A stretch of 64,000 nucleotides of DNA from Octopus bimaculoides (GCF_001194135.2 NC_069002.1:15320162-15384161), one strand, 5' to 3'; positions 25,325 to 39,332 are shown, numbered from the stretch's first letter. The notes: generated by a model from the sequence alone, not told the origin. Made by a program: numbers and translations.

Positions 25325-26724
25325 CTGCAATTAAAGGAAATATTATTAACCCATTGGTATTGAAACTGGCCATATCTAGCCCAAATATTTTACCTATTTT
25401 TCTTTCAAACTGGCCAGATCTGGCCTTTCATACCTATGCTACAATGTTGTTTTAAAAGTAAACAATCACACCATCAAGATTTTGAAGCTAAGAGATAATG
25501 CATGATTAATTCAAAACAATGTGAATAAATAAGCATTACATTGGATAGAGTAATCTGAACATGAAAGGGTTAAATATGAGAATATCTACATTTAATTCAG
25601 TTTTTCGTTTTGTGTGTGGTGGTGGTGGTGTTTTGTTGTTTTTAGTTTTTGAAATAACTCAGGTGATTTATAAAAACTTCTACTTAATTCCAATCACTGA
25701 AGTGATGCAGGAAATGTGACTGCTGCTGATATTAACTTTTTAAAAGGAATGATGTCATCAGTATATAATGGTAATTCACTCAGATACAGAAGTAATTCAT
25801 CATCATGACCCTCATCTAGCATCTGCTTTCCATGCTGGCATGGGTTATACTGCTCGACTGAAACTGGTAACATGGAGAGCTGCACCAAATTTCAAACTGA
25901 TTTGGCATAGTAAACCATATTGGGTTATAGAAACACAGTTGACTACACAGTTTTCAGGCCATAATTCAAGAGAGATATAAACATTTTTATTATATTCCAT
26001 CACCATGTCCACATGGGCATTCGATTCAATAACAGAAATTGAGAGGAAACATTAGTTAATTGTACGACATGGCCACATTTGCGGTGAAGAAGTTTAATAT
26101 CCATGAACTGGGTCTATGAGGTGGGAATTCTACAGGTAAATCAGCCAGGGGCCTGAAGAACCGAAAAGACGTCCAGAACTATTTGCCAAGCCCATTCTTA
26201 ACAGAAATGAAGAAAAAAAAAAGAAAAATACACAGTATATACTGAGATGACTGTTTTTTTTTTTTTTCTTAACCTTTATTATATTTCAAAAGAGATTTAT
26301 GTAGAACTAGTGCTCACAGTTATAAGAGAGTGAATTCAATTCCAGGGCCAGGCTATGTGTTGCGTTCTTGAGCAAGACACTTTATTTCATGTTTCTCCAG
26401 TTCACTCAGCTGTAGAAATGAGTTGCAACATCATTGGTGCGAGGGTCTAACGCTCTTTGCCTTTCCCTTAGATATCATCGGTGTCAAGGAGAGAGGAGGC
26501 TGGTCTTCCATAAACAACCTTGCCTAGACTTGTACCTCAGAGGGCAACTTTCTAGGTGCAATCCCATGGTCAGTCATGACTGAAGGGGGTCTTTACCCTT
26601 TACCCTTACCTAGAACTAATTCTACAGAATAATATAAATTCTAAACTATAATATTATATAATACCAGTATGTCATAAATTATTGGTGGGGAAGATACAGA
26701 AGTTTAAAAGTAGCTTATGATTAC

Positions 26725-26817
26725 CTGAACTTGTGGTTGAAATGCACGACTGTTGGTTTGGAGGCTGGTTGTGCTTGCACAGTTTGATGCATAGCAAGCA
26801 GTCAGGGTACAACGGAA
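26725..26817 (-). CDS. VWDE-like gene exon
   Basis: cttccag / gtaatc, phase 0-0. FRCTLTACYASNCASTTSLQTNSRAFQPQVQ. Confidence 0.8.
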
Positions 26818-27288
26818 CTGGAAGCAGATTTATGAACAATCAAAGAAAGAAAATAGCTATTCAAAATAATAGAAATAAGAATAAATAAAAGGTTTTTAAA
26901 ATATACAGAAACATACATGAACACACACACACACACACACACACAGAGTTGATAAAGGAAACAGAAGATAGATTTAGTACAAATCTTTATTTAGCACAAT
27001 GATCTCGTTTTGACCCATCCTGCATTTAGCACTAAAATTTCCACAATATCCACACTTTCCATGTAAACCTACAGGTGTTCAAGGTGAACATCAAATGCAT
27101 TATTGTCATCACTTCAGGATGAGATACAAACATCCTGATCATTGACCCCCTCTTCTTTGCAGCAAAATTTATATGTTTGACCTTTACCTTTTCAATTTTC
27201 ATTCTCCTAAAATACAGTGTATAGAAATAGTGAAAAACATAAGAGACAATATATTAAGAAATTCTGAATGTTTAAGAAATTGTCATAC

Positions 27289-27512
27289 ATAATTTGAAAA
27301 GATATTTTCTTCAGTAACTTCTTTTGTAGCCAGTTGTGGAATTTGTACAAACGCTGATTTTGATAAAGGTACATCTTTCCAGTATGCGCTAAAGTTGTAG
27401 AGAATTCCAGGGACTTCAACAACATTCGGTTTGCAGTGTAGTATCATCTTTTTTTCAGATATGTATTCCAGTTCTATTAAAGGGGATGGAATGTTCTTTA
27501 CAGGAATGAGAT
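27289..27512 (-). CDS. VWDE-like gene exon: Ig-like beta domain
   Basis: Long polypyrimidine + tag / gtatga, phase 1-0. DLIPVKNIPSPLIELEYISEKKMILHCKPNVVEVPGILYNFSAYWKDVP...ENIFSNY. Confidence 0.8.
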
Positions 27513-28479
27513 CTAAAAAGAAGAATAGAAAAGAGAATAAAATAGTAATTTATAACCACAAAATAACATTACTAATAATATTGACAATAACATCATCATC
27601 ATTGTTTAACGTCCGCTTTCCATGCTGGCATGGGTTGGACAGTTTGACTGAGGACTGGCAAGCGAGGAGGATGCATCAGGCTCCAATCTGATCTGGCAAG
27701 GTTTCTACAGCTGGATGCCCTTCTTAACGACAACCACTCCGAGAGTGTAGTGGGTGCTTTTTACATGCAACTGGCTTGGGTGCCAGTCAGGCAGCACTGG
27801 AATCAACCATGCTCAAATGATGCTTTTTACATGCCACCAGCATTGGAGCCAGTCAGATGACACTGGCTTTGACCACACTCAAATGGTGCTTTTTATGTGC
27901 CACCAGCATGGGAACCACAATTCTTTCTAATTCAGACACAATGCACGAAGTTTTGAGTAAGGTAAATTGTTAACTGTAGAAATTCTAGAACTTGACTGGC
28001 ATTTTATTGATCCCAGAGTTGAAAGGCAAAGTTGGACTTGGTAAGGTTTGATCTCAGAGCATAAAGAACTGAATACAATATTACAACAACTTCACCCACT
28101 ACACTTTCTGAATGGTTGGCATTAGGAAGGGCATCCAGCTGTAGAAACTCTGCCAGATCAGATTGGAGCCTGGTGCAGCCATCTGGTTCACCAGTCCTCA
28201 GTCAAATCATCCAACCCATGCTAGCATGGAAAGCGGACGTTAAACAATGATGATGAGGATGATGATGAGAGTAAAACTATACAGATGAAGAATGAAAAGT
28301 AAATATTTTGGGAGAAAAATATTTAAACTTCCTTTCAACAACAAGACACTATATTATTGACAGCAAATAGAATACCTGGTTGTATTAATCCAACACTCTA
28401 TACTTTGATTTCAAATCTCTCTGAAGTCAACACACTATAACATAGGTTCAAGTGAGGCCCACATTAGTGTACTGTTGTT

Positions 28480-28720
28480 ACATTCTCTGACATTCAGGAC
28501 CACATCCAGAGAAGAGCCACTCAGCTGAGTGGCACTCCAGTCTCTGACCCATAAGTGCACTGCTGTCCCATCTTTTTTACTACTACTGTAATGGTTTTTC
28601 TGCTCTTCAGAGCTGGTTGGTTCCATACCTTGACCACTCAGGCACTGTTGTCCCTTTTGCCTCTCCATATCTTAGCACATTTGTTGCATCTAACCACTTT
28701 CTTCACACTATCCACCAAGT
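28480..28720 (+). mobile_element. CR1/L2-group LINE 3' fragment, same family as 3520-3800
   Basis: ALQSLTHKCTAV...GF(F)CSSELVGSIP.PL in decayed frames. Confidence 0.55.
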
Positions 28721-31378
28721 CTAATCCTTCACCCGCAAAATGTCACTCCTCTAGAATCACTGCTCATGTCTTTTCAGCAGGAGTTGACCCACAACAGTTT
28801 AACAGGAACATTAACAACACCAACCTCATCAATCGTGGAAGGCCTGCAAGGATCACAGGTTCTGGCCCTTCTTTCACACTCGGCAAGTAAAATGAAAAAG
28901 GGGAAATATATGGATCTGTGGGTAAAGGACTGGAAACTAACCCAACTAAGTTCAGTACAGTGTAACATGAAAAACTTATTAAGACGAAAGATCTCAGTCT
29001 GAAAGAAATCTGACAGAGGTGTTAGGAGACTATTGAATGTCTGTATATACCTTAAGTAAAGTAGGTAGGGGATTAATGAGTAGAGGGAAGCAACATGAGA
29101 AGGCAGTCATTAACTCATTACCTACCAGTGATCTCATATGAGATTACTTAAAAATTACAAATTTCGTAATTATCTGTCGATATTTACACATATCTAACCT
29201 TTTTGCTATATCTACTAGGTATATTTCTCTGATATTCAAATGAGGTTTGCTAATTTTTCACCCAATATCTCGCTTATTTCTATTTAAAATGTTATTTTGA
29301 AATATTTTGATCATTCCAGCGTGTTTCTAAGGCTGTTTTATGCTAGAAATCAAAGTTTCATAAAAAAATTCCAGTTAATAGATTTATGGGAGGTAATGGG
29401 TTAATATCTCCACAACCTTCCCAACTCACAATTTGTTAAGTCCAGTTCTTTGATTTCCATTGTCAATACAATATCATGTTAATCTGTTGTTGATGCTATT
29501 GTTTTTAGTCTCATCAATCCTGATTGAGAAGTCAAACCAAAACATCCAAACTGTAATCAAACCACATTTTCATTTCCTAGCAGTGCACACCCAGTGCATC
29601 CCTTCCCAGTTTACATTGTTAGATTGTGATTTGAAAAGTATTAGGCTGCTATTTCTAGCAGGTTGTGTTATCATGCAAAATCTCAATTGTTGGCTCTTAT
29701 ATTGTTGACTTGTACAAAATAAGTGTTGATTTCAACGTTGGTTTCCATTAGTGTGATAACATTCTAACTGGCATAGTCACTGAGTGCAGAATAACATGAT
29801 AAAGATTTGCGGGGGTTATTTTATGACCTGTCATAGGTGCTAAATTGTATACATCATCTACAAGTATATGTAAACACTTGTAGACAGGTACACAGTAACT
29901 TGTCATAGTTATTAGAACATCAGATAAATTATTTTCATGTATTGATTTTGGTTCTCTGTATTTTTTTTAGTTCAAACCTCACTGAAATCTCTTTTAGTTG
30001 TCATACTTTCAGGAATAATAAATAATATTAGTCTGGTACAGAGATTGATTCTTCTAGCTCTTTATCTTGAACATATATTTTAAAGGGCCACACTAATTTG
30101 GTCCAAGAATTGTGTCAAAGGTACCTGTGTCCATGAAATACTCAGCCACAGGCACATTCTTTTCAGGAGAAGAAATTCAGTTGATCAGAAAACTGAATGT
30201 TCATTGCTGAAACCAACAATTACTCCATCATCATTTAAACTTATATTAGCTTAGCCCACTCAGCTATAAGTACTGAGGATAATAGAAAACATATCTCTGG
30301 TGTAGCCAACCACAGACTGGATGGTTTGTATCCAGTTGGGAAAGTTCATTTGATTTCTTACTTTGTCACAAAACAGTAAATCATCAGTGTAGTTAGAATG
30401 TAGGAGAAAATAGTTTTTAATGCCTGTGCCAACTCTCTCATGTCTAAAACTCAAATGCCACTGAAGTTAACTTTGTCATTCTTTCAAAGTTGGTAGAAGT
30501 AGCTGTTGGGAGCAGAGGATTAACAGAATTGGTAGGGTGTCAGATCAAATTCCTGGTAGTACTTGATCCAGCTCTTTGAAGTCTGAGTTTTTAAGTGATT
30601 GACTTAACCAAGTTTAACATCCCCACTTGGCCCTTGCTTGTCTTTATTGGGGTATACAATCTATTGTAAGTATTCAGTATTGTGAGCTGGTTCTTTTCTT
30701 TTGCTCATCAGTCTTGAAGGCTCCAAAGAAGTAAAAGTTCACAGCTTCTGTTCTCTTCTAAACAAAACAATAAAAGCAATTTTTGAAAGAGAAGCTGTCA
30801 GTTGAACTGACCACAAGTGTTGAGCTCGCAATCATGAGGTAGTGAGTTCGATTGCCGGATTGGGCTGTGTGTTGTGTTCTCGAGCAAAACACTTTATTTC
30901 ATGTTGCTCCAGTTCACTCATCTGTAGAAATGAGTTGTGGCATCATTGGTGCCAAGCTGTATTGGCCTTTGCCTCAAATAACATCAGTGGTGTTGAAAAG
31001 GGAAACCGGTATGCTTGGGTGACTGCTGGTCTTCCATAAGTCACCTTGCCTGGACTTGTGCTTTGGAGGGGAAGTTTCTAGGTGCAATTCCATGGTTATT
31101 CATGACCAAAGGGGGTCTTTATCCTACCCAGGTACATATGTCACCAGTTCCATGAATAATTTAAGAGGAAGTCAACCTGTATTTAACCTAATGTTACTAA
31201 CAGCTGGATAACTTTTGGGATACGTCTCAAATAAAGAAGCTGTTATCCCCAAGTATTTAAAGTCAAACAATATCTTCTAACATTTCTGATAACTTGCACA
31301 TTTGAGCATTTGATAGATATTAAAGATAAATAGCATTAATTTGTAATCGAAATTCTGCAGAGTCTGTGTTTGCCTTAC

Positions 31379-31514
31379 CTTTTGTTTCTGAAGCTGTTAA
31401 GTTAAAACGAAAGCATGGTTTTGTTTCAAAATCAACAACTATGATTCTAATTCGTCTGGCAAGAATATTCCCAAAATTGATTTCTGCTGAACCATTTTTT
31501 GCTTCAAGTTTTAC
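31379..31514 (-). CDS. VWDE-like gene exon: discoidin/F5-8C domain, second half
   Basis: ttttctag / gtaagg, phase 0-1. VKLEAKNGSAEINFGNILARRIRIIVVDFETKPCFRFNLTASETK matches the AR.IRI...C.RF motif. Confidence 0.85.
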
Positions 31515-32387
31515 CTAGAAAACACACAGACGCCATCAAAATCACATTCAACTTATTAAAATACAAAACATGAAGAAACAAATCAAAATATTACTGGAAC
31601 ACATTAACAAATCATTGAAAGCAATTAGAGTGGCACTGAAACTCTGTTAAAATCTCATTAATATCACTAAATAAAAACTTGAAATATCATGGCAACAGTT
31701 AAGCGATCAGTGGACCAAATGAAATATCCTTTGTAGAAAATTAGTTATGTGCAGCTTGAGAAGAAAAAGTTTAACAACTTTCTCAAGAAACATAAGGTGT
31801 TCAGGTGGTACTCCTACAAAACTAACATTTATAAGTACATAGGTGACATTTCAATAACCAAAGTATTCTTTTTTGAAAATTTAAAAAAAAATGTAAAAAA
31901 TGTTTCTATTTATTAGTGACTATTTTTTATCAATAGAATTATTAAAAATAGCACAATTTGACAGGTAAACCTTCCTCAACTTCTACAACAATCTTATGTT
32001 ATCACTACTTACATTGTAACTATTTTTTTGCCACTGGCTTTTATTAGAATTCTGTTTTTGTCAAATGGTTATATTTCTTTTTATTTCAGTTAGAAATAAA
32101 CCATACAAACTGTCCTACATTTATAATTTTATTGCTTTCACACCTTCACAACAAATAAGTTTTCTACTGACATTGCAAATGATCCTCACTGTTTGTTTGC
32201 TTCTTCTTTTTGTTGTTTTCTTTTGAATACAAATGTGCTATTTATTCAATTATTTACTTTAAGAATGTTGTTCAAATCCTACCAAGAATACAATGACATA
32301 CAAACTACCTTGTTCTTTTTACATTTTGCCTCAACATTCCACTGAAATCAGGATTGTCTTTATTCTATTTTATATTATTTTATTTCC

Positions 32388-32642
32388 CGTGCAGGTGGCA
32401 CGTAAAAAACACCTTTTTGAGCGTGGTCATTGCCAGTACCGTGTAACTGGCCCTCGTACCGGTGGCACGTAAAAGCACCCACTACACTCTCGGAGTGGTT
32501 GGCATTAGGAAGGGCATCCAGCTGTAGAAACTCTGTCAGATCAGATTGGAGCCTGGTGCAGCCTTCTGGTTCGCCAGTCCTCAGTCAAATCGTCCAACCC
32601 ATGCTAGCATGGAAAGCGGACGTTAAACGATGATGATGATGA
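32388..32642 (+). mobile_element. SINE/non-autonomous retroposon family E with a (GAT)n tail (other copies 12524-12740, 14307-14485, 15200-15370, 17040-17330, 25795-25910, 27592-27920, 44022-44215 minus; 28105-28268, 36870-37146, 45770-45860 plus)
   Basis: ggtggcacgtaaaa units, gagtggttggc(g/a)ttaggaagggcatccagctgtagaaac, ccaacccatgctagcatggaaagcggacgttaaacgatgatgat. Confidence 0.88.
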
Positions 32643-32959
32643 ATATGTCAACCTACAGAAATATTCTGGGACAATATAAGGAGTTATGACCCACCCTGTG
32701 TAACAATGTTACAGATTAAGGAATAAAGTAACAGAGAGAGAGAGAGAGGAATCATTCCCAGAACAAGTACTTTATTTATTGTCCCTGCATTAGCAACAAG
32801 TAAGATTGACCTTGGTAGGATTTGAACTGATAGATAACCCAAGCAGGCTTGCATAACTGTGACAGTTTCAATGAATCAGTGAGACTGCCAAAAGCCTCTC
32901 CCCACCTACACACCTACAACCTGGTATTAATGAAATACCGATCAATATTTCTGTGAATA

Positions 32960-33215
32960 CGTACACAGTGGGACACATGCACAGGATGGACAACAGCAGA
33001 CTTTCCAGACAACCTCCTTTACTCCAAACTAAGCAAAGGGAAAAGAAACCACGGAAGACCTAGACTGAGATTCAAACATACTGCAAAACGGAATATGAAA
33101 CAGGAAGGAATTGATCATAATAAATGGCAAACTCAAGTAAGAAACTGACCAGAATGGAAAGAGCTTATCAAGTCATGCCAAAGCCATGAACAGTTATTGT
33201 CGCAATGACCGACTA
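32960..33215 (+). mobile_element. Decayed RTE LINE 3' end
   Basis: GHMHRMDNSRL..LLYSKLSKGKRNHGRPRLRFKHTAKRNMK...W. Confidence 0.8.
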
Positions 33216-33899
33216 CTTAGTCATGGTGACTGATTCACAATTATCTTTTCTAGTATCTTAGTCTTATTACACTCTCAGAATGAATGACTATAACGTTATT
33301 TCATGGTTGCAAGATTTTTATATAGCCCTCCTGCTATGTATTTATTGTGATTCAATCCCACTTTTTAAACATTCTCTGTTCTCTGTTTCTTAACAGGAAA
33401 GCTCTCTGTGGAATTCCAAATGAATGCAACAGTCTTGTATAGCTTGGTATTATGTCATTGTTGTAGGCATAGATACATATATGGGCAAATACAATCAATT
33501 AACCCTTTCCCTCAAGTTTATGCCTTTTATATTAAGTGTGTGTGTGTGTACAATAACATAGCTAGAATATGTGCTGCCCAGGGCAACTCTTGAGTTTTTT
33601 TTCCCAATCTGAGACAATGCAGCCCATACAGACTAACACAGCAGACCAAGAAGTGCCACCCCGACAAAGTTGTTACCTGAGGCGGACAGCATCCCATTGC
33701 CACCCACTTCTACTAACTATGCTACTGTGTATGTATGTATGTATGCATTATGTATGTATGCCTGTATGTATGTGTGTGTATGTATGCCTGTATGCATGTA
33801 TGCATGCCTGTATGTATGTATGCGTGTATGTATGTATGTATACCTGTATGTATGTATGTATGCCTGTATGTATGCCTGTATGTATGTATGTATGTATTA

Positions 33900-35155
33900 C
33901 GGGGTGCAGACGGTATTTGAGGACACGTGTATTTTAGTCATTATTTTATTTGACTAATTTTTATTGAACTTCTATTTCAGAAAATAACAATGGCAGGCCC
34001 TATGCTTACCAATGAAATGAAAAGGTAAGCTGTGATTGTGGCTTTGAAGGCTAAGCATGGTGACTTAGAAATTGCTCATTTTCCGAAAGTTGCAAGATCT
34101 TTTGTCCACAAGATTCGTTGCGAGTTAGAGAAACAAGATGGAAGCGTATTACCTGTATAAAAATGTGAGAAAGATTCCAAATGCTCTGATTCTATCAGGA
34201 CACCTGAATTTATTTAGGAAGTTAAGCAAAACATTGAAGACAATCCAGGAAAATCAATGAGATCAATTGCTAAAAAAATTTGTGTGTCAGAAAAACAATC
34301 AGAAATTTTGTGGATGAAAACATCAGATACAAATCTTACGTGATGAGGAGGGGTCAATTCATGCCAGAAAAAAACTAAAGAAAACTGTTTAATCAGACCC
34401 AAAAGACTTTTGAACAAACTTAAAAATCCATCAGAAGATGGTGTGATTTAGTTTTTCTCAGATGAGAAAAACTTTGACTAGGGCCAGAAAACTAACAGAA
34501 AAATGGCAGATGGCTATATGGAGACCCTTCTGAGATTCCAAGAGTAATGCACACAAAATTTTTTGCAAGTGTCTTGGTTTTGGGTGTCATTAGCAATGAA
34601 GGATATGTGATGCCTCCTCACTTTTTTTCACAAGGCCTTATGGTGAAAGCTGCTGTGTATATCGAGGTTCTGGATAAAGTCGTTAAGCCTTAGATCAACA
34701 GTGTATGCAATGGAAGGCCTTACGCCTTTCAACAAGATTCTGCACTATCACACAAGTTTCAAATGACACAAGAATGGATGGCTGACAATTTGCATGATTA
34801 CATCACCCCCAACATTTGTTCTCCTAATTCTCCAGATCTCAGTCTACTGGATTACTATGTATGGAGCATCGTTGAGAAAAATGTCAACGGACATCCCCGC
34901 TTAGCATCAAAGATTCTTTGAAAGCCGACATAGTTCAAGTCATGTCCAATATGAACAAGGACCACTTGTAAATGATTTCGACCCAGTGTAGGGGCAGTTA
35001 TTGATGCTTATGTTGGTTTTATTGAATGAAATTATTAAATTGATGATCTAGCTTTATGTTTATATCATTTTCATATAAATACAGTTTCTTTTCTATTATT
35101 ATCTAAGTGTTATTTTAAAACCATAAATCTGTCCTCAAATACCATTTGCAGCCTG
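33900..35155 (+). mobile_element. Full-length decayed Tc1/mariner DD37D (maT-type) DNA transposon
   Basis: 26-bp TIRs (cggggtgcagacggtatttgaggaca versus caggctgcaaatggtatttgaggaca, 4 mismatches) with TA on both sides. Transposase motifs FSDEKNF, FQQDSA and SPDLSLLDY, with 37 residues between the second and third Asp. Contains stops and frameshifts. Confidence 0.92.
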
Positions 35156-35165
35156 TATGTATGTA

Positions 35166-35255
<90 letters not shown>

Positions 35256-35279
35256 CATATACACATACATGTTATGTGT

Positions 35280-35600
35280 GCGAAGGTGCATGGCTTAGTG
35301 ATTAGGGCATTCAGTTCACAATCATAAGGTCATGAGTTCAATTCCCATTGATGTGTTGTGTCCTTGAGCAAGACACTTTATTTCATGTTACTCCAGTCTA
35401 CTCATCTGGCAAAAATGAGTTGTACCTGTATTTCAAAGGGCCATCCTTATCACATTCTTTGTCCCAATTAATTTCCCTGTAAACTACGTTAAGAGTGTGC
35501 ATGTCTAGACTGCTTAGTCATTTGCACATTGATTTAACGAGCAGGCTGTTTTTTGATTAGCTCATTTGAAACACTTGTCATCAAAACCACTGGAGTGCCG
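35280..35600 (+). mobile_element. Chimeric SINE: family-B head/CORE joined to the family-A 3' half
   Basis: ccttgagcaagacactttatttcatg (B) continues into aaagggcc..tcaca...aactacgttaag...gagcaggctgtt...ggagtgcc (A). Confidence 0.7.
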
Positions 35601-36022
35601 TCTATTGTGTGTATATCTATATATGTGAGTATGAAGCATGTACAAGTGTGTCTGTCTATATATGAATCTTATATATATATATATATAAGTGCATATATAT
35701 GCACATATGTTTGTGTGAATGTATATTTGTATGTATGAATATACATATGCATGACTATGTATTTATTCATGAATAAACTTATGTATTTATTCATGTTTAT
35801 TCCTACGTATTTATTCATGCAATTGGTGGTATCTATATTTCTGTATCATGGGTGAACGATTACAAATTTGTAGCATGAATTGCTAAATTTGTAAATGGCA
35901 TTGCACTTGACAGCAGTAATTTGACTTTTGCCTAAACCAATACATCATCACACTACACACACACTATTACCCCACACTATACTATGTTCTAACATCAATA
36001 TTACACCATACTATACCTTACT

Positions 36023-36408
36023 GGAGGTGCAATGGCCTAGTGGTTAGGGCAGCGGACTCGCAGTCATAGGATCTCGGTTTCGATTCCCAGATCGGGGATT
36101 GCGAGGGTTTATTGAGCGACAACACCTAAAGCTCCATGAGGCTCCGGCAGGGGATGGTGGCGAACCCTGCTGTACTCTTCCACCACAACTTTCTCTCACT
36201 CTTACTTCCTGTTTCTGTTGTGCCTGTAATTCAAAAGGTCAGCCTTGTCACACTGTGTCACGCTGAATATCCCCGAGAACTACGTAAAGGGTACATGTGT
36301 CTGTGGAGTGCTCAGCCACTTGCACGTTAATTTCACGAGCAGGCTGTTCCGTTGATCGGATCAACTGGAACCCTCGACGTCGTAAGCGACGGAGTGCCAA
36401 CAACAACA
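36023..36408 (+). mobile_element. SINE family A
   Basis: Full length; 10-bp TSD ataccttact. Confidence 0.92.
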
Positions 36409-37384
36409 ATACCTTACTATATTCTACTGTACTATATTATACCACATTCTACTATAGCACAATACATATTGAATGCATATGTATATATAAATATGTATTT
36501 ATGTATGTATGTATGCATATTTACCCATGTCTCTTGGTCTTTGTATCTGTACCACAAATATATTTTCATGCAAAAACTTTACTAAAATGAGATTTGCAAA
36601 CTTAATATGGAATTATAAAACATCTTGATGAAACTTGAAGTTTGGGTGATAGTGGTGAGTAATGTTAACATTGATCATGGTTACTTCCTGGTTCAATAGC
36701 TGCAATACAATCTGTTGTTGCCCACCAGAAACTCTGAAACTTACTCAACACCAGTTGTTCTTTATTAACAGGTCTACTGGTGATTCATTAGCCTAATATT
36801 AACCCTGATCTGATAAGATCAATGAAGTCCTACATTTAACAGATCATTTTCTTAGCGAGATCGTTGCCAGTGCCGCCGAACTGGCTCCTGTGCAGGTAGC
36901 ACGTAAAATACACCATTTTGAGCGTGGCTGTTGCCAGTACCGCTTGACTGGCCTTCGTGCTGGTGGCTCATAAAAGCACCCACTACACTCTCGGAGTGGT
37001 TGGCGTTAGGAAGGGCATCCAGCTGTAGAAACTCTGCCAAATCAGATTGGAGCCTGGTGTAGCCATCTGGTTTCACCAGTCCTCAGTCAAATCGTCCAAC
37101 CCATACTAGCATGGAAAGCGGACGTTAAATGACGATGATGATGATGATCAAACCAGGAATATATGATGAGTAGTTTCTTTGTTTTAAGACATTAAAATGT
37201 AACTTGACAGTGGTTTGGTTGCAATTTCTTGTAGGTCAAACAATAGCTCACTTGTAGTTCTGTTTATCAAACAACACAAACACTCAACCATCAAAATTAA
37301 CACCAGCAACAAGGAACACCTCTACATGGTTGCTTGAGCTGTTAGAAAAAGCAGACAAATCTTCCTCATATTGTAACTTAGAGT

Positions 37385-37438
37385 CCTTGAGCATTTGTAT
37401 ATCTTTTAAAACCTTGAGCATTTGTATATCTTTTAAAA
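37385..37438 (+). repeat. Perfect 27-bp tandem duplication
   Basis: ccttgagcatttgtatatcttttaaaa x2. Confidence 0.95.
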
Positions 37439-38465
37439 CTATGCCTCTTCAAGATACAAGCTGGGATAAGGTGTTTCTGGAAGATCATCAGTTGTCCATA
37501 CACGTAGGTCTGTCTTCTTTATACAAACAACATTGTTCAGGAAAATGGCAAGGACTAACACAGCTTGACATTGTTGCGAGTAATGCCCATCAGAACACAA
37601 AGAGCTGGAATAGTTACTGGAAGGCATTAACAACCGCCATCATGTCTAACATTCTAATAATTTCTCTAAGCACTACATTTGTATTTTATTGACCCCAAAA
37701 GAACAGAAAGAAAAGTTAACCATTGTGGAATTTGAACTCAGAGCACTGAAAGCTAAAACAAGTACTGCCAAGCCATTCTACAAAACACGCTAACAACTTG
37801 GCCGTTTGTCTGCTTTCTTAGAGATATCAATTAATCATGGCTGACTTGAATACATTTCATCATAGCTTTGCCTCATTCAGCACTCACCTCTGGCAAACAG
37901 CACCTTGTGCGTGTGTGTGTGTGTAAATATGAAAGTATGTAGGCAAAGTAGAGAGAGGTGTATGGGGTATAAAGGCGTGAGTAGTGTTGTTTTCTTTTCA
38001 TCTTGTTATTTTCTTCTGTCATTCTTCTCTGGAATTTAAAGATTATGCTTCAGCAGGCGCAAAACCACTCACCTGAAATAATCGTCTGCATAAGTTGAAT
38101 ATCTGAAGGCGTGTGTTAGTGAATACATTAACTACTACTACTACTACACTTCAAATGATAATAATAATGATGATGGACTCTGCTGTTGAAGACGATGTGT
38201 AAGGGTTCAGCTCTTTTGATGAATGACGTGCACAAATGATTTGTTTTACAGTGATCAAAAGTATACGCTGTACATGAACACACTCCTTCCATCAAATCAA
38301 TATTGTCTAAACAGGTACACCCTGTATCACATATCAGGTGTCAAAATGACTGCAGAGTAACGTGAAAGGAAGTGCTTTGTTTAAGAACACTATGCACCAA
38401 TCAGTCTGGTAAGTGAAACCATGATCTTGCAAATCATGAGTGCCACACCCTAACCACTAAGCCAT

Positions 38466-38845
38466 GTTGTTGTTGTTGGCACTCCGTCGCTTACGACGTC
38501 GAGGGTTCCAGTTGATCCAATCAACGGAAGAGCCTGCTCGTGAAATTAACGTGCAAGTGGCTGAGCACTCCACAGACATGTGTACCCTTAACGTAGTTCT
38601 CGGGGATATTCAGTGTGACAAGGCTGACCCTTTGAATTACAGGCACAACAGAAACAGGAAGTAAGAGTGAGAGAAAGTTGTGGTGAAAGAGTACAGCAGG
38701 GTTCGCCACCATCCCCTGCCAGAGCCTCGTGGAGCTTTAGGTGTTTTCGCTCAATAAACACACACAACGCCCGGTCTGGGAATCGAAACCGTGATCCTAT
38801 GACCGCGAGTCCGCTGCCCTAACCACTGGGCCATTGCGCCTCCAC
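38466..38845 (-). mobile_element. SINE family A inserted into an older SINE head
   Basis: 14-bp TSD aaccactaagccat at 38452-38465 and 38846-38859. Confidence 0.93.
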
Positions 38846-39293
38846 AACCACTAAGCCATAATAATAATAGTAATCCTTTCTACTATACAAGGTCTGAAAT
38901 TTTGTGGGCGGGGACTAGTCAATTACATTAACCCCAGTTTCACTGGTACTTAATTTATCGACCCTGAAAGTCGACTTTGGTAGAATTTGAACTCAGAACA
39001 TAAAGATGGATGAAATGCTGCAAAGCATTTTGCTTGGCATGTTAGTGATTCTGCCAGCTCACTGCCTTACATAATAATCTTTTCTACTATAGGCATAGGG
39101 CCTGAAATTTTGGGAGATAGGGCTAGTCAATTACATTAATCCAGTGTTTCACTGGTACTTAATTTATTGACCCTGGAAGGATGAAAGGCAAAGTCAACCT
39201 CGGCAGAATTTGAACGCCAAACATAAAGACGGATGAAACGCCACTAAGCATTTTGCCAAGTATGCTAGTGATTCTGCCAGCTCATCACCTTAC

Positions 39294-39332
<39 letters not shown>

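Noticed and set aside
30362-30445. Minus-strand exon-like segment ending LFCDK/gtaaga
   Set aside because: The flanking exons 31379 and 27512 already join in phase with a continuous reading, and this segment's phases (2-0) do not fit between them.
33397-33447. Plus-strand acceptor/donor-bounded segments (also about 52129-52250)
   Set aside because: Isolated, with no recognisable protein and no phase-linked partner exons.
37470-37500. CTGATGA-TCTTCCA-GAAAC on the minus strand resembling a minimal hammerhead
   Set aside because: Stems I and III do not pair, and the region is explained as a decayed SINE-B-related segment.
38073-38102. 30-nt minus-strand micro-exon candidate (branch point cactaac, ccttcag / gtgagt)
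   Set aside because: Although the splice signals are good, inclusion between 44728 and 31514 would insert IFNLCRRLFQ into the discoidin domain; unsupported without transcripts.
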